Positions 1 through 7,284 of a DNA stretch of 26,230 nucleotides are shown here, piece after piece (position 1 is the first letter of the stretch; each line of letters opens with the position of its first letter). Position numbers and translations under genes: made by a program. Below the pieces are notes generated by a model. That model was given only the letters and a program-made list of their open reading frames with translations. It ran no database searches and was not told where the DNA came from. The stretch is from a virus: the UHGV virus genome UHGV-0206901; one strand, 5' to 3'.

Positions 1-359
1 GTTCACTTCTCTGTGTGAAAGCGAACACAAGACCGTCGGCCCCTCTCGTGTGAAAAAACGCGAAATTGCAGGGCCCCCGGTCAACCGGGGCCCTGATAGA
101 AATTGAAATATGGAATGCACGGAAAAACGAATTTGCTGATTTATCGTGTTTTTCCAAATGCCGCTGCGGTTTTTGTAAACAGCGGTGTACATACGGCGTT
201 TCGTCACAAACCGCATCGTAAAATGGCGATTTTTCACGCAAAAAGATGTAAAAACAGCTTGGTTTTAGCATTTTACCGCATTTAGAGATTGCGGTCTTGG
301 CGAAACCCGTGTGGATACCGAAAACCGCAAAACTTCGGAAGATTTGAGGTGGCAAGCAG

Positions 360-659
360 ATGACGGATGCACAGAAAGAACAAGTGCGGGCAATGCGGAT
401 GCAGGGCATCGGATACCGGCTGATTGCAAAGTCACTGGGACTGAAGATCAATCAGGTGCAGTTATTCTGCAAGGCACATGGGCTTGCCGGAAACGGAGAA
501 CTTACACGGCTGAACTATCCGATTTGGTGTCAGCAGAACAACCGCTGTCCCATATGCGGTGCAAAAGTCACACAGCCGGAAACCGGCAGACGCAAACGAT
601 TCTGCTCCGGTCGATGCCGGACAAAACATTACCGAATGAAGAAAAACATGGAGGAATGA
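360..659 (+). CDS. Small DNA-binding protein with an N-terminal helix-turn-helix-like segment and a C-terminal Cys4 zinc ribbon
   Basis: 99-aa ORF with GAGGTGG Shine-Dalgarno about 7 nt upstream of the ATG; N-terminal IGYRLIAKSLGLKINQV resembles an HTH; C-terminus has CPICG...CSGRC cysteine pairs; first gene of the co-directional block. Confidence 0.5.
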   Translation: MTDAQKEQVRAMRMQGIGYRLIAKSLGLKINQVQLFCKAHGLAGNGELTRLNYPIWCQQNNRCPICGAKVTQPETGRRKRFCSGRCRTKHYRMKKNMEE

Positions 660-821
660 AAATGCTTGTAACAGTTTTATGCCTTACTTACATGATGATC
701 ATCATCCTGATCCATGCGATCTGGATATCTTCGATCATCAAGCATGACGGGAAATGCCACTACAACGACTGCGGTCACTGTCCGTATGATGCCTGGTGTC
801 CGATGCAGGAGGAGGAAAAAC

Positions 822-1307
822 ATGACACTGACAGAGAACTTCATTCGTGATGCGATACAGCTTGACAGCGGTGCAGAGGTCATGTACGGCAGCAATCAGA
901 TCTATGACACCTATCCCTGCCGCTTTCCGACTGTTGAATTTCAGCTCATGGCAACGGATACCCTTGTGGAGGTTGCAGACCGCATCCGCATGGAGAAGGG
1001 CTACTTTCCGATGCATCCGTGGGACGGACGCACGGATGATGTGGACTGCGATGGTTGGTACGACTTTTATATCGGGATCAGCAAGCTCCCCGGCGACCAT
1101 CAGCAGTGCCAGCTTGACAGCAGTATCAGCTTTGTTGTTGTCAATTCCGATTCGGATGACAACGAGGATATGTACAACATCGACCTGACGGAATCCGAAA
1201 AGGAATATGTGTATGAGATACTGAACCGACAGTGCCGGAGGTATCACGGCAAGGACTGCGCCGAACTTCTGGCAGAGTCTGAAAAGGAGCTGATGGATAC
1301 AGCATGA
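822..1307 (+). CDS. Hypothetical protein
   Basis: ORF track 714-1307; internal ATG at 822 is preceded by GGAGGAGG (808-815) with a 6-nt spacer; stop overlaps the nrdD start (ATGA at 1304-1307); no recognisable motif. Confidence 0.5.
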   Translation: MTLTENFIRDAIQLDSGAEVMYGSNQIYDTYPCRFPTVEFQLMATDTLVEVADRIRMEKGYFPMHPWDGRTDDVDCDGWYDFYIGISKLPGDHQQCQLDSSISFVVVNSDSDDNEDMYNIDLTESEKEYVYEILNRQCRRYHGKDCAELLAESEKELMDTA

Positions 1308-3451
1308 GAATTATCAAGCGAAACGGCGCAGAGGTGCCGTATGACTGTGAAAAGATCAGAGCCGCAATTACTGCGGCAAACGATGAGATGGATTCCGGCG
1401 ACAGGATCACAGATACAGTAATCGGCTTTATCGTCGGCAGAGTCGAGCAGCGGTGTGAGACGCTTGCAAGACCTGTCCATGTCGAAGAAGTCCAGGACAT
1501 GGTTCTAGATGAGCTTGACAAAGCCGAGGCTTACAAACTTGCACGGCACTACAGCGAATACAGACTCCTGCATGAACAGCAGCGCAGGATGAATACCACG
1601 GACGGAAAAATTCTCAGCTTGCTGGAACGCAATAACGAGGAGGCAAAGCAGGAGAATGCGAACAAGAACCCGATCATCAACAGCACGCTCCGGGACTATA
1701 TGGCAGGCGAAGTCAGCAAGGACATCTGCCGTCGCTTCCTGTTCCCAGCAGATGTGATCGCCGCCCACGATGACGGCATCATCCATGTACACGATCTGGA
1801 CTACATCGCAGAGCCGATGCACAACTGCTGTCTGGTCAATCTTGAAGATATGCTCCAGAACGGTACGGTCGTATCCGGTACAATGATCGAAAAGCCGCAC
1901 AGCTTTTCCACTGCGTGTAACATTGCTACACAGATCATTGCGCAGGTCGCGTCGAACCAGTACGGCGGGCAGACAATTTCTCTGGCACATCTTGCGACTT
2001 TTGTGGATGTCAGCAGACAAAAGATCAGAGCCGAGGTATCTGAGGATGTGAACTGCGACTGCGGCGCAAAGCTGTCGGCGGAAGAACTCGACCATATCGT
2101 TGAGAAGCGTGTGCGCCGGGAAGTCAAGCGTGGTGTACAGACCATCCAGTACCAGATAAACACACTGCTCACCACCAACGGGCAGACTCCGTTTGTGACG
2201 GTGTTTATGTATTTGGACGAGGTGTCGGAGGGACAGACCAGAGATGACCTTGCGCTCATTATCGAGGAAACGCTGCTTCAGCGTATCGAGGGTGTGAAAA
2301 ATGAGAAGGGCGTCTGGATCACCCCGGCATTCCCGAAGCTTATCTATGTTCTCGATAAGGGTAATATCACCGAGGACAGCCGCTATTGGTATCTTACGAA
2401 GCTTGCCGCAAAATGCACGGCAAAGCGTATGGTTCCTGACTATATCTCCGCCAAGATCATGAAGAAGCTGAAGGGTGATGTGTATGCCTGCATGGGCTGC
2501 CGCAGTTTCCTCACGCCTTCGGACGATCACAAGTATTACGGCAGATTCAATCAGGGTGTTGTCACGCTGAATCTGGTGGATGTGGCGTGTTCTTCCAACG
2601 GTGATATGGACAAATTCTGGCAGCTTCTGAATGAACGCTGCGACCTATGCTTCAAGGCTCTGATGTGCAGGCATGAGCGGCTGAAAGGTACGCCGTCTGA
2701 TGTTGCGCCGATCCTCTGGCAGAACGGTGCATTGGCACGACTCGGCAAGGGTGAAACAATCGACAAGCTGCTGTATAACAATTACAGCACCATTTCACTC
2801 GGCTATGCCGGCATCGCAGAAATGACCTACCGCATGACGGGCTGTTCGCATACGGAGCCGGACGGAAAAGTATTTGCACTTGCAGTGATGAAATTCCTGA
2901 ATGAGAAGTGTGCGGCATGGAGAGAGCAGACAGGGATTTCTTTCTCCCTGTACGGCACGCCGATGGAATCTGTGACCTACAAATTCTCTCAGTGCTTACA
3001 GCGCAGACACGGTATTATCCCTCATGTGACGGATAAAAACTACATCACAAATTCGTATCATGTTCACGTTACTGAGCCGATTGACGCATTCAGCAAGCTG
3101 ACATTCGAGTCCGAATTTCAGGAGCTTTCACCGGGCGGTGCGATCAGCTATGTGGAAGTGCCGAATATGCAGCACAATATTCCTGCGGTACTTGCACTGA
3201 TGCGGCATATCTACGAAACGATTTTGTACGCCGAACTGAACACCAAATCTGATTACTGTCAGGCTTGCGGCTATGACGGCGAAATACAGATCGTGGAGGA
3301 GGACGGCAAGCTGATCTGGGAATGCCCGAACTGCGGCAACCGCGATCAGCGGACACTGAATGTATGCCGCCGCACCTGCGGTTACCTCGGAACGCAGTTC
3401 TGGAATCAGGGGCGCACCGCTGAGATCAAAGACCGGGTGATGCACCTGTGA
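1304..3451 (+). CDS. nrdD: Anaerobic ribonucleoside-triphosphate reductase (class III RNR)
   Basis: 715 aa; N-terminal ATP-cone-like region (MRIIKRNGAEVPYDCEKIRAAI); C-terminal zinc ribbon CQACG...CPNCG; glycyl-radical motif RRTCGYLG close to the C-terminus; followed directly by the activase gene. Confidence 0.93.
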   Translation: MRIIKRNGAEVPYDCEKIRAAITAANDEMDSGDRITDTVIGFIVGRVEQRCETLARPVHVEEVQDMVLDELDKAEAYKLARHYSEYRLLHEQQRRMNTTDGKILSLLERNNEEAKQENANKNPIINSTLRDYMAGEVSKDICRRFLFPADVIAAHDDGIIHVHDLDYIAEPMHNCCLVNLEDMLQNGTVVSGTMIEKPHSFSTACNIATQIIAQVASNQYGGQTISLAHLATFVDVSRQKIRAEVSEDVNCDCGAKLSAEELDHIVEKRVRREVKRGVQTIQYQINTLLTTNGQTPFVTVFMYLDEVSEGQTRDDLALIIEETLLQRIEGVKNEKGVWITPAFPKLIYVLDKGNITEDSRYWYLTKLAAKCTAKRMVPDYISAKIMKKLKGDVYACMGCRSFLTPSDDHKYYGRFNQGVVTLNLVDVACSSNGDMDKFWQLLNERCDLCFKALMCRHERLKGTPSDVAPILWQNGALARLGKGETIDKLLYNNYSTISLGYAGIAEMTYRMTGCSHTEPDGKVFALAVMKFLNEKCAAWREQTGISFSLYGTPMESVTYKFSQCLQRRHGIIPHVTDKNYITNSYHVHVTEPIDAFSKLTFESEFQELSPGGAISYVEVPNMQHNIPAVLALMRHIYETILYAELNTKSDYCQACGYDGEIQIVEEDGKLIWECPNCGNRDQRTLNVCRRTCGYLGTQFWNQGRTAEIKDRVMHL

Positions 3452-3915
3452 ATTACTGCGGTCTGAATAAAAACGACATCGCCAACGGTGACGGTGTACG
3501 AGTTTCGCTGTTCGTATCCGGATGCCGGAATCACTGCAAGGGCTGTCACAACCCGGAGACATGGGATTTCAGCTATGGACAGCCTTTCACCAAGAAAACT
3601 GAAGATGAGATCATCGAAGCCCTGCGTCCCTCGTGGATACAGGGGCTTTCTGTTCTCGGCGGTGAACCCTGCGAGGAAGAAAACGAGCGTGTGCTGCTGC
3701 CGCTGCTGAAAAAGATCTGGTGGGAGATGCCGGAAAAAGATATTTGGCTGTATAGCGGGTACACCTATGAACAGTTGCAAGGCAGAGCGATACTTCGGTA
3801 TGTGGATGTACTTGTGGACGGTCCGTTTCTGCTGGAGCAGAAGGATATCTCGCTTCCGTTCCGCGGCAGCCGGAATCAACGGATCCTCCGATTAAGAAAT
3901 GGGGTACGGGTATGA
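3448..3915 (+). CDS. nrdG: Anaerobic ribonucleotide reductase activating protein (radical SAM)
   Basis: GTG start overlapping the nrdD stop (GTGA); N-terminus MNYCGLNKNDIANGDGVRVSLFVSGCRNHCKGCHN matches the canonical NrdG N-terminus, including the CxxxCxxC radical-SAM cluster. Confidence 0.9.
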   Translation: MNYCGLNKNDIANGDGVRVSLFVSGCRNHCKGCHNPETWDFSYGQPFTKKTEDEIIEALRPSWIQGLSVLGGEPCEEENERVLLPLLKKIWWEMPEKDIWLYSGYTYEQLQGRAILRYVDVLVDGPFLLEQKDISLPFRGSRNQRILRLRNGVRV

Positions 3916-4229
3916 GAGCCAGACTGAGACCGCCAGGAGATGCCGTTCGCTGCGATGCCTGCGGATGTGCATTTGTTCCGGAAACACTGACGCAGCGTGA
4001 GGGTGAGATCGAATACAGCTTCTTCCGCTGCGACTATTGCGGCAAGGCGTATCTCGTATCCGTTACGGATGCAGACCTCTGCAAGGATATCCGCAGATAC
4101 AGAACGCTTGCGGAAAAGCACAAGATCAAGCCCCTGAGTGAACAGTCGCTCCGCGAGATGGCTGCGCTGAAAGAGCAGAACTTAAAACGAGCCGCAAAGC
4201 TGCGGCAGTTGTACTATGTGGAGGGATGA
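3912..4229 (+). CDS. Zinc-ribbon protein, function unknown
   Basis: 105-aa ORF whose ATG overlaps the nrdG stop; two CxxC pairs (CDACGC, CDYCGK); basic C-terminal tail. Confidence 0.5.
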   Translation: MRARLRPPGDAVRCDACGCAFVPETLTQREGEIEYSFFRCDYCGKAYLVSVTDADLCKDIRRYRTLAEKHKIKPLSEQSLREMAALKEQNLKRAAKLRQLYYVEG

Positions 4230-4230
4230 G

Positions 4231-5514
4231 ATGAAGACAGCAGAACTTCGTGTGATCCCTGTCACGGAGCTGAAGCCTGCGGCATATAACCCGCGCAAAA
4301 AGCTGAAGCCCGGCGACAAGGAATACGAAAAGATCAAAAACAGCATCGAGGAATTCGGCTTTGCCGATCCGCTGGTAGTCAACGCCGACATGACCATCAT
4401 CGGCGGGCATCAGCGACTGACCGTAGCGATGGCGCTCGGATACACCGAGGTACCCTGTGCGGTGGTGGACATCGACAAGGTCAGAGAAAAGGCGCTGAAC
4501 ATTGCGCTCAACAAGATCACCGGCGCATGGGACGAGAGCCTTCTGGCTGAACTGTTGCAGGACATTCAGGACAGCGACTTCGACCTCGGAAAGACCGGCT
4601 TTGATCCGCCGGAGATCGAGCAGCTTTTCAATCAGGTACACAATAAAGACATCAAGGAAGATGACTTTGATATTGAAGAAGAGCTGAAACAGCCGACCTT
4701 CTCAAAACTCGGTGACCTGTGGATTCTGGGCAAGCACCGTATCGTCTGCGGTGACAGCACCAAGTCGGAAACCTACGAGCTGCTTATGAACGGTGAAAAA
4801 GCAAATCTCCTGCTGACCGATCCGCCGTACCTCGTAGCATACAGCAATACCTCCGGCAGCATCAAGAACGATGACCTTTCGGATAAGGAAGGCTATGAAT
4901 TCCTGAAAAGCGCATTTGCCTGTTTCAAAGAGAACCTTGCAGATGATTCTGCGGTGTATGTTTTCTACGCGACATCAAAATCGAGGGTGTTCTATGACGC
5001 TTTCGAGGATGCCGGATTCCGTGTTTCTTGCGGATTGGTCTGGCGCAAGGACAGGCTTGTGCTGTCGAGGACGGACTATCAGCAGAACTTCGAGCCTGTG
5101 ATCTACGGCTGGAAAAAGAACGGCAAGCACACATGGTACGGTGACCGTAAGCAGACCACCTGCTTTGACTTCGACCGTCCGAAAAGCTCCAAAGCCGAGG
5201 GTGAGGGACATCCGACTGCAAAGCCTGTACCGCTGATGGCATATCTCATCAAGCAGTCCACCATGACAAACGGCATTGTGCTGGACGGCTTCCACGGTTC
5301 CGGTTCTACCATGATCGCCTGTGAACAGCTCGACCGAAAATGCAGAGCTGTAGAATTGGATGAAAAGTTTGTGGACGTTCAAGTGAAGCGGTATATCAAA
5401 TTCCGCGAGGGCAAGTACGATGATGTGTATGTCATCCGTGACGGGCAGAAGCTTTCCTTCGATGAAGCGGTGGCAGCGATGCCGACAGCAGAGGGTGGTG
5501 ATACGAATGGGTGA
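4231..5514 (+). CDS. ParB-like nuclease domain fused to a DNA amino-methyltransferase (probably N6-adenine; beta-class motif order)
   Basis: ATG at 4231 preceded by GGAGGGA; N-terminal ParB/Srx-like region (ELKPAAYNPRK...IIGGHQRL); central LLLTDPPY (motif IV) precedes GFHGSGST (motif I), the beta-class order. Confidence 0.85.
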   Translation: MKTAELRVIPVTELKPAAYNPRKKLKPGDKEYEKIKNSIEEFGFADPLVVNADMTIIGGHQRLTVAMALGYTEVPCAVVDIDKVREKALNIALNKITGAWDESLLAELLQDIQDSDFDLGKTGFDPPEIEQLFNQVHNKDIKEDDFDIEEELKQPTFSKLGDLWILGKHRIVCGDSTKSETYELLMNGEKANLLLTDPPYLVAYSNTSGSIKNDDLSDKEGYEFLKSAFACFKENLADDSAVYVFYATSKSRVFYDAFEDAGFRVSCGLVWRKDRLVLSRTDYQQNFEPVIYGWKKNGKHTWYGDRKQTTCFDFDRPKSSKAEGEGHPTAKPVPLMAYLIKQSTMTNGIVLDGFHGSGSTMIACEQLDRKCRAVELDEKFVDVQVKRYIKFREGKYDDVYVIRDGQKLSFDEAVAAMPTAEGGDTNG

Positions 5515-6310
5515 ACTGAAACCTCTGCTTCATGTGGTCTCCTTCAGCGGCGGGAAAGACAGCACTGCGATGCTCCTGAAGATGTTAGAAATGGGAATGC
5601 AGGTTGATCTGGTGCTGTTTTGCGATACCGGATTAGAATTCCCGGCACTGTATGACCATGTACACAAAGTCGAACAGGATACCGGCGTGAAAATCACGAC
5701 TGTAAAGAGCGAAAACACATTTGAGTATCTCATGCTCCACAAGCCGATCAAGCGGAAGAAACCGGAACTGCGCGGCAAGACCGGTTACAGTTGGGCGGGA
5801 CCGCTGATGCGGTGGTGTACAAACCTTCTGAAAACGGTGCCTCGTGAGAAGTTTCTCAGCGAACTGCGGAAAAATTACGATGTGATCGAGTACATCGGCA
5901 TCGCCGCCGATGAAACGGAACGCATCACGCACAAATGCAGCTGCCGACCGAATGTCCGTCTGCCGCTTGTGGAGTGGGGCATGACCGAAGCTGACTGCCT
6001 GCAATACTGCAGGGAACGCGGCTATGACTGGGGCGGTCTGTATGAGAAATTCGGACGGGTATCCTGTTGGTGCTGTCCGCTGCAGCCGCTGAACGAGCTG
6101 CGTGTCCTCTACTACGATTTTCCCGACCTCTGGAAACAACTCAGGGAATGGGATGATGCAACATGGCGCACCTTCAAGCCCGGATGGTCAGTCCGGAAAC
6201 TGGAGGCGCGTTTTGATTTTGAGCTGGAATGGCAGACGGACGGCAATCAGCTCGGCACAAAGGAATTCCACAAAGCCCTGAAAAAGAGACTGGAGGATGT
6301 CGATGGCTGA
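5507..6310 (+). CDS. PAPS-reductase-like PP-loop protein (DndC-like fold family), possible DNA-modification accessory enzyme
   Basis: Internal ATG at 5507 with upstream GAGGGTGGTGA; PP-loop motif SFSGGKDS near the N-terminus; C-terminal cysteine cluster CWCCP; 8-nt overlap with the upstream methyltransferase gene and 8-nt overlap with the downstream one. Confidence 0.75.
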   Translation: MGELKPLLHVVSFSGGKDSTAMLLKMLEMGMQVDLVLFCDTGLEFPALYDHVHKVEQDTGVKITTVKSENTFEYLMLHKPIKRKKPELRGKTGYSWAGPLMRWCTNLLKTVPREKFLSELRKNYDVIEYIGIAADETERITHKCSCRPNVRLPLVEWGMTEADCLQYCRERGYDWGGLYEKFGRVSCWCCPLQPLNELRVLYYDFPDLWKQLREWDDATWRTFKPGWSVRKLEARFDFELEWQTDGNQLGTKEFHKALKKRLEDVDG

Positions 6311-7082
6311 TGTGAAATGTGAGCTGTATCACGATAACTTCCAGAACTTCAAATCCTACTGCATCCCAAAAGCACAGCTCGTCATTGCTGACATTCCGTA
6401 CAACATCGGCGGCGACTTTTATGCCAGCCGTCCCGACTGGTATGTGAACGGTGACAATCAGAACGGTGAAAGCAGCAAAGCGCACAAGGCTGCATTCCAC
6501 ACGGATTACACCTTCAACATCGCTGAATACTTCGCCTTCTGTAACCGGCTGCTCAAAAAGGAGCCGTCCAAAGGTGAGAAGGATGCTCCCTGCATGATTG
6601 TATTCTGTGCCTTTCAGCAGATACCCGAGGTCATCCGGCAGGCGGAGAAATACGGCTTCAAGAAGTATCAGTTTTTGTGCTTTATGAAGAATTACAGTCC
6701 GCAGGTGCTGAAGGCGAACATGAGGATCGTGGGCGCAACGGAGTTTGCTCTGGTGCTGTATCGGGGAAAGCTGCCGAAGTTCCGCAATACCGATGCATAC
6801 GGCAAGAGGCACATGATCTTCGACCATTTTGACTGGATGCGGGACGGCAAGGATATCCCGAAGATACATCCTTCGCAGAAGCCGGTAAATCTCCTGAAAC
6901 GGCTGATCGGGATATTTACCGACGAGGGTGATGTGGTCATCGATCCCTGCGCCGGTTCCGGCTCAACGCTGCGTGCGGCGAGGGAGCTTGGCAGACACAG
7001 CTACGGCTTTGAAGTCAGCCGAGATTTTTACAACAAAGCCTGTGAGCAGATGCTTGGGGAGGTGCAGGATGACAAAGTATGA
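6303..7082 (+). CDS. DNA amino-methyltransferase (N6-adenine or N4-cytosine), divergent motif IV
   Basis: ATG at 6303 is 6 nt after GGAGG; IADIPYN (variant DPPY-type motif IV) near the N-terminus and DPCAGSGST (motif I, AdoMet binding) near the C-terminus. Confidence 0.7.
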   Translation: MADVKCELYHDNFQNFKSYCIPKAQLVIADIPYNIGGDFYASRPDWYVNGDNQNGESSKAHKAAFHTDYTFNIAEYFAFCNRLLKKEPSKGEKDAPCMIVFCAFQQIPEVIRQAEKYGFKKYQFLCFMKNYSPQVLKANMRIVGATEFALVLYRGKLPKFRNTDAYGKRHMIFDHFDWMRDGKDIPKIHPSQKPVNLLKRLIGIFTDEGDVVIDPCAGSGSTLRAARELGRHSYGFEVSRDFYNKACEQMLGEVQDDKV

Positions 7083-7284
7083 GTGCGCCATTGTGACGGC
7101 ATACACAGATATCTCGATGCTGTGCGGCGATGATCTGAAATATCTGTATGACTATCTTTCCGGCTTTATCGGCAGACCGGTGTATACACACGAGATTCCT
7201 GCGGTGGCTGCGGCTTACAGAGACAAGATCAGAGAGGACTTCCTCGATCTGTGCAGGAACGCAAAGGAGGCGGATGATGGATAA
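7069..7284 (+). CDS. Small hypothetical protein
   Basis: 71-aa ORF starting at an internal ATG of ORF 6928-7284, overlapping the upstream methyltransferase stop; no recognisable motif; the 11-nt overlap with the next gene suggests translational coupling. Confidence 0.4.
   Translation: MTKYECAIVTAYTDISMLCGDDLKYLYDYLSGFIGRPVYTHEIPAVAAAYRDKIREDFLDLCRNAKEADDG

Noticed and set aside
103-285. 60-aa + strand ORF near the window start
   Set aside because: No ribosome-binding site, overlaps the putative regulatory repeats, composition unlike the neighbouring genes.
311-850. 179-aa + strand ORF in an alternate frame
   Set aside because: Overlaps two better-supported ORFs (360-659 and 822-1307) that each have a Shine-Dalgarno sequence at proper spacing.
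1505-2530. 341-aa minus-strand ORF inside nrdD
   Set aside because: Antisense to a gene with unambiguous NrdD motifs.
7148-7273. N-terminal extension of the C5 methyltransferase ORF
   Set aside because: The ATG at 7274 has a strong AAGGAGG site at ideal spacing and is followed directly by motif I; the extension overlaps the upstream small gene.
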